Origin: Trichormus sp. ATA11-4-KO1
Lineage (GTDB): Bacteria; Cyanobacteriota; Cyanobacteriia; Cyanobacteriales; Nostocaceae
Direction of reading: 5' to 3'
Length of the DNA: 64,000 bases
Assembly: GCA_019358915.1 (NCBI GenBank)
Contig: JAHHIM010000003.1
Span: forward strand, 32,001-96,000
Each line of letters begins with the position of its first letter. Within the stretch, counting starts at the first letter, position 1. Positions 1 through 9,948 of the stretch are shown piece by piece. The notes beneath the pieces were generated by a model. It did not search any database. It was not told the origin of the DNA and saw only the letters and a program-made list of their open reading frames with translations. Both the position numbers and the translations under genes were made by a program.

Positions 1-2
1 GC

Positions 3-53
3 AGTAGCCTGAATTTGGTAGATGTAGCTGAATTGGGATTAAAAGCGAATTAA
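3..53 (+). CDS. Possible 3' end of a gene entering from the left edge (SSLNLVDVAELGLKAN*)
   Basis: Open frame from the window edge to TAA at 51-53, convergent with the K+ channel gene; too short to identify. Confidence 0.3.
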   Translation, partial: SSLNLVDVAELGLKAN

Positions 54-173
54 CCCAAACTTTCTCTAATTTAGCAATTTACTTAGTGCTGAGTGCTGAG
101 TAAGAAAAAGAGGAAGGAAGCACTCTTGATTTGCTGATTCTAGGCGATCGCGGCGAATTGAACTGAAGCATGA

Positions 174-1238
174 TTAACTATTTCTCGGTCGCCGTAGTTG
201 TTGAGAACCAATAGGTCCCAGAATTTGGTTCAAGTTACGCAATTGTTCAGATGTACCCATGCAAATCAGTGTATCCCCTGGTAGTAAAAGTGTCTCCCCT
301 GTGGGGCCACCAATCAAGTTACCATCAGCACGACGAATAGCTAAAACCAATGACCCAGTTTGCGATCGCAGTTTGGCTTTTTGTAAAGTTTGACCGACAA
401 GAGGACAGAATGCAGGATCAATCAGAAATTCTTCCATGTATAGTTGACGGTCTGCACCTGTGAGAATCCCATCCACAAAGTCTAATACTTGGGGTCTCAG
501 GGCGGCGGCTGCCATCCGTTTACCACCGGTAATATAGGGGGATATGACGGCATCTGCACCACCACGTTGTAATTTTTGTAGGGCTTCTTCTGTACTAGCG
601 CGGGCGATCGCCCTGATTCCCGGATTCAAAGTTTTTGCTGATAAAACAGTATATAAATTTTCGGCATCTGAAGGTAAGGCTGCAACTATACAAATTGCCC
701 GTTCAATCCCAACTTGCAAAAGCGTGTCATCCAATGTGGCATCGCCTTGAAACACCATATAACCTTCTGCTTGCGCCTGTTGCACAGATTCAATCTCAGA
801 ATCAATCACTACAAAGGGTACGCCTTCTGCCCGAAATTCTTTGGCAATTTGACGACCAGTCCGACTGAATCCACAGATAATGTAATGTCCTGATAAGGAT
901 TCCATTAAGCGCCTCTGTTGCTGGAGTCGAATTCCTTCTTGAAAGTAGCCTTGAATTAAAGCTTCTGTAAATCTATTGACAATGTAACCGAGATTGATTA
1001 CACCTAACACAATCAAGGCAATGGTAAACAACCTTCCCCGGCTACCTAGTGGGTGTGTCTCACCATATCCCACGGTAGCTAAGGTGATGACTGTCATGTA
1101 AGCAGCGTCTTCCCACGACCAACCTTCAACAAATCGGTACCACAAAGTACCAATCAGAAAGATACCGCCAAGGGCGATGATCCCTGCTATCAGCTCTTTT
1201 TGGATACGTTGATATTTTCTTTCAGTTGTTGAATACAA
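174..1238 (-). CDS. Potassium channel protein (2-TM pore + TrkA-N/TrkA-C RCK domains)
   Basis: TVGYG selectivity filter; HYIICGFSRTG Rossmann-type RCK start; C-terminal TrkA-C (LVLAIRR...PGDTLICMG). Confidence 0.92.
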   Translation of the reverse strand: MYSTTERKYQRIQKELIAGIIALGGIFLIGTLWYRFVEGWSWEDAAYMTVITLATVGYGETHPLGSRGRLFTIALIVLGVINLGYIVNRFTEALIQGYFQEGIRLQQQRRLMESLSGHYIICGFSRTGRQIAKEFRAEGVPFVVIDSEIESVQQAQAEGYMVFQGDATLDDTLLQVGIERAICIVAALPSDAENLYTVLSAKTLNPGIRAIARASTEEALQKLQRGGADAVISPYITGGKRMAAAALRPQVLDFVDGILTGADRQLYMEEFLIDPAFCPLVGQTLQKAKLRSQTGSLVLAIRRADGNLIGGPTGETLLLPGDTLICMGTSEQLRNLNQILGPIGSQQLRRPRNS

Positions 1239-1624
1239 AGTTTTTTTTCACCACTGCCATTTCGTTTAACGATATTTAAGCGTCAGGCAATACCAAAAAA
1301 TCAATTATCCTTTTGTTATATGGTGTGTATAGCCCTATGGGCATAGCCTCGCTCAAGCGATCGCGTCACGCACGTAAAATACTGCAATAGATATAACTCT
1401 TGTGGTGTAGGCATCTTGCCTGCACGGGCGAGATACCCATTTTACAAGCAAACTGTCATGCATCAATTTAGACGTGTCAGTCCACTACATGGGGATATTT
1501 GTTTAACTGGAAGTCCCTTAGCCTCAAAAAAGTATCAGATGTGATAAATAAAAAGTAATTTTTAATAATTTCTAGGAAACTAGTAAGTGAGTATAAGACT
1601 AAAGATTTTTCAGGAGGCGCGGTC

Positions 1625-2908
1625 GTGAGCATACAAACTCTAATTGAGCAAGCCACCATCCCCCCAGAGTCAGGTGCTGTGTCATCTAGCCCTTTTGATG
1701 CCGATAGCTTCAATGAAGCTGTAATGTCAACCTATGCTAGGTTTCCCCTAGCTTTAGAACGGGGTGCTGGATGTCGGGTTTGGGATACCCAAGGCAGAGA
1801 ATACCTGGACTTTGTGGCGGGAATTGCCACTTGTACCCTAGGACATGCCCACCCAGCTATGGTAGAAGCGGTGACACGCCAAATCCAGAAGTTGCATCAT
1901 GTTTCTAATTTGTACTACATTCCCGAACAAGGTGAATTAGCCAAATGGATTATTCAACATTCCTGCGCCGATCGCGTATTTTTCTGCAACTCTGGGGCTG
2001 AGGCTAACGAAGCGGCGATTAAACTGGCAAGAAAGTATGCCCACACTGTTCTAGACATTGAAAAGCCGATTATTTTAACAGCCAATGCCAGTTTTCACGG
2101 GCGGACTTTGGCGACAGTTACCGCCACAGGACAATCAAAGTATCAAAAATATTTTGATCCCCTAGTACCTGGTTTCTACTATGTACCATACAACGATATT
2201 AATGCAGTAGAGGCAGCAATTAGCGAATTAGATGAAGGTGATTACCGTGTAGCGGCAATTTTGTTAGAGCCATTGCAAGGTGAAGGCGGTGTCCGTCCAG
2301 GAGATGTAGCCTATTTTCAAAAGCTACGGCAAATTTGTGATGAAACTGGCATTTTGTTGATTTTTGACGAAGTGCAAGTTGGCATGGGACGCAGTGGCAA
2401 GTTATGGGGTTACGAACATCTTGGTGTGGAACCGGATATCTTTACCAGTGCTAAAGGTTTGGGTGGTGGTATCCCCATTGGGGCAATGATGAGTCAGAAA
2501 TTCTGCGATGTCTTTCAACCAGGAGAACACGCCAGCACCTTTGGCGGTAATCCCTTTGTTTGTGGGGTGGCGCTTGCTGTCTGCCAAACCTTAGAAAAAG
2601 AAAATATTTTGCAGAACGTGCAAGATCGGGGTGAACAGTTGCGCACCGGATTACAAGCGATCGCCGTGAAATATCCCAATTTTGTTTCTGAAATCCGGGG
2701 TTGGGGTTTAATCAATGGCATGGAGTTACAAGCAGATGTTCAGCTAACCGCAGCTGATATTGTCAAAGCTGCCATAGATGAGGGTGTATTGCTCGTTCCA
2801 GCCGGGCCCAAAGTTGTCCGGTTTGTGCCACCATTAATTGTCACAGAGGCAGAAATAGATTTAGCATTGCAAGCTGTTGATCAGGCGATCGCCACTGTCA
2901 CAGCATAA
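1625..2908 (+). CDS. argD: Acetylornithine aminotransferase (class III PLP)
   Basis: FFCNSGAEANEAAIKLAR, SFHGRT, LIFDEVQVGMGRSG, AKGLGGG, HASTFGGNP; GGAGG RBS before GTG. Confidence 0.93.
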   Translation: MSIQTLIEQATIPPESGAVSSSPFDADSFNEAVMSTYARFPLALERGAGCRVWDTQGREYLDFVAGIATCTLGHAHPAMVEAVTRQIQKLHHVSNLYYIPEQGELAKWIIQHSCADRVFFCNSGAEANEAAIKLARKYAHTVLDIEKPIILTANASFHGRTLATVTATGQSKYQKYFDPLVPGFYYVPYNDINAVEAAISELDEGDYRVAAILLEPLQGEGGVRPGDVAYFQKLRQICDETGILLIFDEVQVGMGRSGKLWGYEHLGVEPDIFTSAKGLGGGIPIGAMMSQKFCDVFQPGEHASTFGGNPFVCGVALAVCQTLEKENILQNVQDRGEQLRTGLQAIAVKYPNFVSEIRGWGLINGMELQADVQLTAADIVKAAIDEGVLLVPAGPKVVRFVPPLIVTEAEIDLALQAVDQAIATVTA

Positions 2909-2909
2909 T

Positions 2910-2948
2910 TAGTGCTGAGTGCGCTTGCCCTGAGCGAAGTCGAAGGGG
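2910..2948 (+). repeat. Small dispersed repeat embedded in a TGAGTGC heptamer
   Basis: AGTGCTGAGTGCGCTTGCCCTGAGCGAAGTCGAAGGGGA; near-identical inverted copy at 58586-58624. Confidence 0.8.
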
Positions 2949-3015
2949 AATACCCTATAGTTAAAAATAGGGGATCAACATGATTTAAATACACATGAAA
3001 TTTATTTCTTTCCTG

Positions 3016-3053
3016 ACCTTACGCTGTCCATCAGGACAGGGTGAGGTTTTTTT
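3016..3053 (+). terminator. Intrinsic terminator-like hairpin downstream of argD
   Basis: ACCTTACGCTGTCC-ATCA-GGACAGGGTGAGGT followed by a T run. Confidence 0.6.
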
Positions 3054-3346
3054 TGGGATATTCGCTCCACTGTTTGTCTCCATAATCTCAATACTTGCGC
3101 TCTATTTAAAATCTAATTAGTAACTTATATTACTTTTTATATTTAGGCGATCGTTTGATAAGTACTTCAATATGTCTTTAATACATTAATAATAAATTTT
3201 AAAACATCCTCTAAAGCTATCGAGCATCCACTTTGGGAAGAAATACTTAATTTGAGAAAAGAGCCTCAGAATGCCGATAGGCTTTAACACAGCTACACAA
3301 ACAAAGTGTGGGCTATTCGCTTATTTGGAAAAGACAGAATTGTTGT

Positions 3347-3832
3347 ATGAAAATTAAAATACTCGTTTTAGTTGTTGCGCCTATTTGGGTTCTGAGTTTA
3401 TCTACATTAGTCATAGCGCAACAGCAGACGCAACAAGAGCAATGTGTTAAGACTAGCAAAACTGAAGTTGAACAACTTTTTGAGCGATGGAATCAATCTC
3501 TGCAAACAGGAGATCCAAATAATGTGGTGAAAAACTATGCTGCAAATGCCATTCTTTTGCCAACAGTTTCTAAAAAACCACGCACGACTCCAGCAGAAAT
3601 TCATGAATATTTTGTTCATTTTTTAGAAAAAAAGCCTGTTGGTAAAATTGTTCAGAGTTACATTAGGATTGGTTGTAATTTTGCAACTGATAATGGATTA
3701 TACACTTTCACTATTTTAAATAATCAGCAAAAAGAACAAGTGCCCGCAAGATATTCATTTGAGTATCAATATATAAACGGTCAGTGGTTGATTGTTGCTC
3801 ATCATTCTTCAAAGTTACCCCAAGAAGATTAA
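3347..3832 (+). CDS. Secreted NTF2-like protein (SgcJ/EcaC, CaMKII-association-domain-like)
   Basis: Signal peptide; LFERWNQSLQTGDP, AILLPTVS, ARYSFEY, WLIVAHHSSKLP. Confidence 0.8.
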   Translation: MKIKILVLVVAPIWVLSLSTLVIAQQQTQQEQCVKTSKTEVEQLFERWNQSLQTGDPNNVVKNYAANAILLPTVSKKPRTTPAEIHEYFVHFLEKKPVGKIVQSYIRIGCNFATDNGLYTFTILNNQQKEQVPARYSFEYQYINGQWLIVAHHSSKLPQED

Positions 3833-4036
3833 TCTTATCAACTAAAAAACGAATTTATTAGACTTAAACAGACATTATCTAAGACGAAAATCATGAATAT
3901 ATGTCCTTTTAAAAAAGCTTTTGTCCTTGACTTATCAGGATTACCTGAATAAAAATAGCAGTAACAGTTAAGCAAAACACAGCTTAATTGTTTACCAATT
4001 TCATCTATTAACAACAAATGCTTGAGGAGCAAAATT

Positions 4037-4270
4037 ATGGCAAATATCACTCTTTCTCAACTACACGCTGCTGGTTCTGAATTGTTCCAAGATTCCGAAA
4101 GTTTTCTTAATGAACTCAGCGATGTAGATGCTATCTCCGGTGGAGAAAGCTACGGTTACGACTATGTTAGTAATATTTCAACACTAACTAAGTTGGCTGA
4201 AGCCTATGTTGCTACATATGCTATTGGACATGTAACCTACTTAGCTAAGTCATTCAGCTATGGATACTAA
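4037..4270 (+). CDS. Small peptide with double-glycine-type leader (bacteriocin/RiPP precursor-like), 77 aa
   Basis: GAGGAG RBS; leader ...GSELFQDSESFLNELSDVDAISGG followed by a 41-aa core with 8 Tyr. Confidence 0.75.
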   Translation: MANITLSQLHAAGSELFQDSESFLNELSDVDAISGGESYGYDYVSNISTLTKLAEAYVATYAIGHVTYLAKSFSYGY

Positions 4271-4396
4271 TAGCTTTAGGTAACTAGAAGCTAGATGGCT
4301 TTTCAGGGATTAAAGGTAAAACTAATCAAAGTCATGGATTTGAGGTTTTTTACTACCAATAAACCCTGAAATCCTGCCAGATTGAATGATTTAATT

Positions 4397-4432
4397 GAAT
4401 TGCTCAATTGACAAAAGTCAATTGAGCAATTC
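4397..4432. terminator. Perfect 16-bp hairpin between convergent genes
   Basis: GAATTGCTCAATTGAC-AAAA-GTCAATTGAGCAATTC. Confidence 0.65.
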
Positions 4433-4478
4433 GTTTGATAAGATACTCAAAATAAATTTGCAACGCCAATAAATTCTG

Positions 4479-5129
4479 TTAAACTTCTACAGGATGCTGA
4501 CCATAATAAGGTAAAGCCTCAGACCAATGAGGACACTTGCCTTGCTGCCATTCTAGATAAGCTAGTTCTAATATACTAGTTACTGTTGCGGCTAAACCTG
4601 ATTTCGCTTCAATTAGCTGATAATCGGTATTCCAGTTAGCTAAAGTTTCTTGCCACACTTCTAGTGTCATTACTGTATCTGGCAATAAGGCTTTAAGTCC
4701 AAAAGCATCTGGCAAAGGCTGATAAATAGCGGCAAATACTTGACCCCGTTGTGCAGGCATTTCCACAGCAATAGCTTCGTGAGGCGGATTCTGCGAAATG
4801 GATTTTGACCAAGCTACCGCCGCTAAGGTGGAAATTCCCAAGACGGGAATATCTAATTGTTGTCCTAATGTGCGGGCAAGGACAACACCTATACGAGTTC
4901 CTGTAAAACCTCCAGGCCCTTTGGCTACGGCGATAAAGGCTATATCGGCCCAAGTTTGGGGTTGAATAAATTCGATTAAATATTGATGCACATAACTGGA
5001 TAAATCACGCCCCAATTTCCAAACTTGAGTGCGAGTGTCACCAGTAAAGTTACTAATTGCGAAACCTAGTTCCGGGGTGGTGGTGTGTAGTGATAAACCG
5101 TATTGTGTGGCTGTCAGCTTTTGTGTCAA
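4479..5129 (-). CDS. tsaB: tRNA threonylcarbamoyladenosine biosynthesis protein TsaB
   Basis: IAVAKGPGGFTGTRIGVVLARTLGQQLDIPVLGISTL motif; C-terminal LPYYG. Confidence 0.9.
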   Translation of the reverse strand: MTQKLTATQYGLSLHTTTPELGFAISNFTGDTRTQVWKLGRDLSSYVHQYLIEFIQPQTWADIAFIAVAKGPGGFTGTRIGVVLARTLGQQLDIPVLGISTLAAVAWSKSISQNPPHEAIAVEMPAQRGQVFAAIYQPLPDAFGLKALLPDTVMTLEVWQETLANWNTDYQLIEAKSGLAATVTSILELAYLEWQQGKCPHWSEALPYYGQHPVEV

Positions 5130-5245
5130 AGTTGATTTAGTTAACTGGATTCATTTACATCATACACAGAGGCGATCGCTTTTCTCCTACTGTGAATGGC
5201 TTTGTTAATTGAAGATAGGGATTAGGCTCACGCAAAGACGCAAAG

Positions 5246-5542
5246 TTAGAAGTTTAGATAAAACTGGATCTTACTATAGCTAGAACGTCCATTTTCTCCA
5301 ACAAAACGTTCTACACCCAAACTGAGGAATCCATCGGGGACTATGGCAGGTTTTAACGGTGTATAGTAAATTCCCATGTTGATTCCAAAAAACCAGTCAT
5401 CGCGGTTTTGCCAAATCGAAGCTAAGATGGCTAACAATAAATTGGGAATTAATATTTGCAGTTCGTTATCCACAGGAGTATCATCAGAATCGGGTAATTC
5501 AGCCGATGAAGGTAAGCATTCTAACGGATTATAGTTATACAT
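5246..5542 (-). pseudogene. Truncated Uma2-family (DUF820) endonuclease
   Basis: LPSSAELPDSDDTPVDNELQ...WFFGINMGIYY...IVPDGFLSLGVER N-terminus; similarity stops after GRSSY, well short of a full Uma2 protein. Confidence 0.75.
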
Positions 5543-5697
5543 AAAGTTTAGTTAGTCATAAGTTTATACTACAATTTTGTCTTTAATGTAACAAGTTTAG
5601 ATAATTACTTCAAGAAAAAATAATTAATTTACGTAAAATTGCTAGTCTGGTTTCAAATGTTGTATTTTTAATAGCTTAAAAATATATACAATTTTAG

Positions 5698-5713
5698 TGT
5701 ATTTACGGCTACA
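5698..5713. promoter_or_regulatory. Candidate NtcA-binding site upstream of the sulfur operon
   Basis: TGTA-TTTACGGC-TACA = TGTA-N8-TACA in AT-rich context; TACAAT -10-like hexamer at 5741-5746 (28 nt downstream, not the usual ~22). Confidence 0.5.
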
Positions 5714-5889
5714 ATTTTTCATTATTTATTCAAAAATCATTACAATCAATTGTTAAATTTCTATGGTCAACCAAGTGCTGTTAAATACAGTCATTAAGTG
5801 GTAATCAACGTGATTGTCTCACTAGATCAAGCATTGTCGGGGTTAGGTTTGTCAAAAAAAATTAACAATCGAAAATAGAGGTAATAAAA

Positions 5890-7344
5890 ATGACCGACGT
5901 ACTGGCATTAGGCGCACAAAAGCAGCAAGAAAAGGTTCATTCACCACTATTTGTAGGAAACTTTGACAGCTTTTGGGAGCAAGAAATCAGGCCTTTATTC
6001 ACAAATGAGTCTTTATCTTTCCAGGTAAAAATTCTGAATGGAAACTATATCAAGTACGTCAACTTGGATAATGGAGCTACAACCACTCCCTTTGCCAGCC
6101 TCAAGCAGCACGTGGACGAGAAGCTTGACACCTATGGCAGTGTGCATCGAGGTTCAGGGCAAAAGTCGATCATCACTACACGAGAATATGACGCTAGTCG
6201 GGATGTGATCCGGGATTTTGTGGGGTCGTCTTCACAGAACTATGTCATCTTTGCCAAGAATACAACAGAAGCAATTAATGGATCTGCCACACTATGGGCA
6301 AAAAGACCTGGCAAAATTTTAGTATCTGACATTGAACACTCCTCAAACTTGCTACCTTGGGTAACTAAAGACCAAGTTGTCCAATACAGAACCCAACCTG
6401 ACGGCAGTGTCAGTGTGGCCGCAATTGAAGCTATTTTCCAGGCGCATCAAAATCTCCCCCCAACTGAGCAAATCAAATTAATCACCATTACAGGTGCTTC
6501 AACAATTACAGGATATAGACCGCCTATTTACGAAATCGCCGCTTTAGCACATCGTTATGGTGCCAAGATGTTCGCTGACGTCTGTCAATTAATCCAGCAT
6601 GAGCGGGTGGATATGCGTGCAGATGATGACCCCTGTCATTTAGATTTTGTCGCTTTCTCTGGGCATAAAATGTATGCCCCTTATGGAACGGGGGTGTTGC
6701 TGGGACCTAAGGAGTTTTTTGATAGCTGCTACCCTTATCAAATTGGCGGAGGAAATCTACCTTATATCACCAGAAACCTAGAAATTAAGCGTTTTTATAC
6801 AGAACGGGCGCATGATCCTGGAACACCAAACGCAATGGGTGCGATCGCCATAGCAAAAGCAATTGAAATTATCGAAGCACTGGGGCGCGATCGCATTGCT
6901 CAATATGAACATTATTTAGTTGAATTTACATACACACGGCTTCAGCGTATTCCAGGTGTGCAAGTACATATCCCAGGAGATAACTTAGCCCATGTGATTC
7001 CCTTCGATATTAACGGGTTTGACGGCCGCTTAGTGGCTGAAATCCTAGCACAAGAATACGGAATTGGGGTGCGAGCCGGGGCTTTCTGCACTTACGAATA
7101 CATTCGCAAACTCAAAAATATTTCGGACGAGCAAGACTGCGAAATTGCTCAAGAAGTAGAAAGAGGAATTACTCGTAACATTCCCAGCATTATCCGGGCT
7201 AGCTTTGCTGTTTACAACACACTAGAAGACTGTGAGAGATTCCTGAAGGCAATTTCGGAAATTTCTCAAAATGGAGTTGATCACTATTTCTCTGACTACA
7301 CACAAGATGAAATGACTGGTGTCTGGACTGTGATAAATAAGTAG
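5890..7344 (+). CDS. Class V PLP enzyme, cysteine desulfurase-like (SufS/CsdA-related)
   Basis: YVNLDNGATT, EHSSNLLPW, FSGHKMYAPYGTG (PLP Lys), VRAGAFCT (Cys loop), RASFAVYNT. Confidence 0.85.
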   Translation: MTDVLALGAQKQQEKVHSPLFVGNFDSFWEQEIRPLFTNESLSFQVKILNGNYIKYVNLDNGATTTPFASLKQHVDEKLDTYGSVHRGSGQKSIITTREYDASRDVIRDFVGSSSQNYVIFAKNTTEAINGSATLWAKRPGKILVSDIEHSSNLLPWVTKDQVVQYRTQPDGSVSVAAIEAIFQAHQNLPPTEQIKLITITGASTITGYRPPIYEIAALAHRYGAKMFADVCQLIQHERVDMRADDDPCHLDFVAFSGHKMYAPYGTGVLLGPKEFFDSCYPYQIGGGNLPYITRNLEIKRFYTERAHDPGTPNAMGAIAIAKAIEIIEALGRDRIAQYEHYLVEFTYTRLQRIPGVQVHIPGDNLAHVIPFDINGFDGRLVAEILAQEYGIGVRAGAFCTYEYIRKLKNISDEQDCEIAQEVERGITRNIPSIIRASFAVYNTLEDCERFLKAISEISQNGVDHYFSDYTQDEMTGVWTVINK

Positions 7345-7357
7345 AGCAGATAAAACT

Positions 7358-7410
7358 CTTTGTGTCTTAGTGGTTTAAGATTTTTACCACCAAGGCACAA
7401 AGACACCAAG
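7358..7410. repeat. 9-mer-based palindromic dispersed repeat (CTTAGTGTC/GACACTAAG family)
   Basis: CTTTGTGTCTTAGTGGT...ACCACCAAGGCACAAAG; related copies near 9765, 34195, 46767, 63349. Confidence 0.7.
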
Positions 7411-7454
7411 TTTTTTCCAGTCAGCTAGGGGCATATTGAACAGGAGGTAATAGT

Positions 7455-8741
7455 TTGAGCGATGAAAACCTCTTTGGCCAGGAGGATTATTTACAGGCGC
7501 GAGTTGATGAGTACATCTGGCAACAAAGCACATCTGCGGGTATTTCTCGCCAGCGCTTTCTGCAAATCCTCGCGACTATGGCCGGGGCTGGGGCTATGGG
7601 GGGACTGGCTAGATCGGCACCTGCTCATGCTGAGACTGCTTCCAAAGCCAAGGGTAGTAAAATCATCAAACCATTGCTACCAGGCTACATCTCTCATAGT
7701 AAAGGCACACTAGAGATGAACTGGGAAGCAATGTATGGGCGTGGCTATTTAGTGCCAAACGATTGGTTCTATGTTCATAATCGCCATGCGCCTCCCACTT
7801 TTGATTTATCTACATGGCGTTTGCGAATTGAGGGAACTGGTGTTAATACCCCTTGCGAGTTTACATACGATGAAATCATCGCTATGCCCTCAATCTCGGT
7901 CACTAGTGCCATTGAGTGTGCTGCCAATGGTCGGCGTTTCTTTGAAGAAGCTTATAATAAACCTCTTTCTGGAACGCGGTGGAGGTTAGGCGCTATTGGT
8001 GTGGCTGAGTGGACTGGTGTACCACTTGGCTTATTGTTGGAGCGCGCTGGAGTGAAAGCCACAGCCAGAGATGTATTAGTTGAAGGGGCAGATTTAGACT
8101 CGCTGGACTCAAAAGGGACAAATCAGGCTAAATTCAGCAGTGTAGTTCCTATTGCCAAAGCCACAGCAGATCACTCTCTCCTCGTCTATGCAATGAATGG
8201 AGAAGCACTACCCCCAGATCATGGTCAGCCGTGTCGTGTAATATTTCCTGGTTGGTCAGGAAATGCCAACGTGAAATGGATTGAGCGCATTGAAGTTTCC
8301 GAAACCCCCATATATTCACAGTGGGTATTAGGCCAAATGGTGCTGACTGGCGCAGATTACCCAGCTAAGTCTCCGTATAGAGGTAAGTTAATTACTTACC
8401 AAAATGTCAAGAGTGCCTTTGAATTAGCTTGGCCAGCTACGCTTTCTGCGAGAAAATACCTGCTGCGTGGGCGTTCTTGGTCTGGAAAAGGAAAAATTGT
8501 CCGTGTGGAAGTCAGTTTGGATGGTGGCAGAACCTGGCAATTGGCAAGACTGAGAGAACCCAATTTTCCCTTTGCATGGGTGCGATGGGATATTGAATGG
8601 CATCCAGTTCCTGGAGAATATGCTCTCCAAGCTCGTGCTACTGACAATTTAGGTAACACACAACCGAATACGGTGCCGTGGAATGATTTTGGACTGCTTT
8701 ACGGAGGTGTTGTCAGTCATCCAGTAACAGTACAAGGTTAA
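7455..8741 (+). CDS. Sulfite-oxidase-family molybdopterin oxidoreductase with Tat-like signal
   Basis: GGAGG RBS + TTG; SRQRFL/hydrophobic/AHA signal; IECAANGR (Mo-ligand Cys), AEWTGVPL, YAMNGEALPPDHG, VEVSLDGGRTW, ARATD. Confidence 0.88.
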   Translation: MSDENLFGQEDYLQARVDEYIWQQSTSAGISRQRFLQILATMAGAGAMGGLARSAPAHAETASKAKGSKIIKPLLPGYISHSKGTLEMNWEAMYGRGYLVPNDWFYVHNRHAPPTFDLSTWRLRIEGTGVNTPCEFTYDEIIAMPSISVTSAIECAANGRRFFEEAYNKPLSGTRWRLGAIGVAEWTGVPLGLLLERAGVKATARDVLVEGADLDSLDSKGTNQAKFSSVVPIAKATADHSLLVYAMNGEALPPDHGQPCRVIFPGWSGNANVKWIERIEVSETPIYSQWVLGQMVLTGADYPAKSPYRGKLITYQNVKSAFELAWPATLSARKYLLRGRSWSGKGKIVRVEVSLDGGRTWQLARLREPNFPFAWVRWDIEWHPVPGEYALQARATDNLGNTQPNTVPWNDFGLLYGGVVSHPVTVQG

Positions 8742-8776
8742 CCAGCCTAAATATCAAGTTTAACTAAGCCTTTTTT

Positions 8777-9613
8777 ATGAATGATTTCGTTTGGTTGATT
8801 TTAATAGCTGGTGGGCTAATATCTGGCGTTATAGCGGGACTTTTAGGTATAGGTGGCGGCATTATCACAATTCCGCTTTTAGTTACCCTAGGTTATACAC
8901 CTGTGCAAGCGATCGCTACTAGTAGCCTGGCTATTGTGATTACTTCAATTTCTGGAAGTTTGCAGAATTTGTGGATGGGCTATTTTGATTTTAAGCGAGT
9001 GATTTATTTAGGAATTCCCGCTTTTTTAACTACTGGAGTCGGAGTCTATTTCGCCAACAAGATTCCCTCTTACATCATACTTTTTACATTTGGCATCATC
9101 TTACTGGCTAATGTCTATTTGATAGAGCTACGCAAGCAACTAATTTTAAAGCAAGCAGAGAATACAGCACCAGCATTTAATCCATTACTTTCTAAAATTG
9201 GTACTGGAGGAGCAGCCGGAATTTTAGCCGGCTTCTTTGGTTTGGGTGGCGGAACAATTATGGTTCCCCTACAAATGTTACTACTAGGAGAAGAAATTAA
9301 AGTAGCAATTCAGACTAGCTTAGGTGTGATTGTAATTACTGCTTTAGCTGCCTGTACAGGGCATACATTAGAGGGAAATATTTTGTTTGTTCAAGGTCTA
9401 GTTTTGGGATTTGGAGGTCTTTTAGGCGTTCAAATGAGTACTCGCACTTTGCCAAAATTACCCGATTCTGTTGTTAGTCTGGCACTGCGGATTTTTTTTG
9501 GATTACTATCAATTTATGTTTTTGGCGAAGCTTGGATAAATTATCAAGTCATAGCTGCAAAACCTTCAATAAATGAGAGTTTATCAGTTTTTTATTCCTT
9601 ATTTATAGGTTGA
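8777..9613 (+). CDS. TauE/SafE (TSUP) sulfite exporter family membrane protein
   Basis: Two GxxGxGGG repeats (AGLLGIGGG, AGFFGLGGG), AIATS / AIQTS motifs, highly hydrophobic. Confidence 0.9.
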   Translation: MNDFVWLILIAGGLISGVIAGLLGIGGGIITIPLLVTLGYTPVQAIATSSLAIVITSISGSLQNLWMGYFDFKRVIYLGIPAFLTTGVGVYFANKIPSYIILFTFGIILLANVYLIELRKQLILKQAENTAPAFNPLLSKIGTGGAAGILAGFFGLGGGTIMVPLQMLLLGEEIKVAIQTSLGVIVITALAACTGHTLEGNILFVQGLVLGFGGLLGVQMSTRTLPKLPDSVVSLALRIFFGLLSIYVFGEAWINYQVIAAKPSINESLSVFYSLFIG

Positions 9614-9717
9614 AATTTATCCGAATTTAAAAAATGATATTATAAATTGGCTTGTAGAGCCAAACCCGATTTTGTATCTATCGCTTGATTTTTGGAAATG
9701 GGGATAAAAAGTATAGG

Positions 9718-9855
9718 ACTAACCCTTTAAAACTAGGTAAAAATATTCTTTTTAACCTCTTTACTCTGTGCCTCTGTGGTTAAATAAACTGCTTTTAAAC
9801 CACAGAGACAGCCGAGAAAAAAAGAGATTTTACGAGTCACCTTGAAAGGTTTAGT
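9718..9855. mobile_element. MITE-like element (imperfect ACTAACCCTTT...AAAGGTTTAGT ends, internal palindrome)
   Basis: Right end CACCTTGAAAGGTTTAGT resembles ends at 20061, 46837 and 63422; internal CTCTGTGGTT...AACCACAGAG palindrome. Confidence 0.6.
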
Positions 9856-9948
9856 CTGGAAGTTTTAAAAAATTTTGCCAAAAAGATAAAGATATTGATA
9901 ATGGCAGTTTCACTAAATAAAAAAACATTAATTTCCGCATACAAATTT

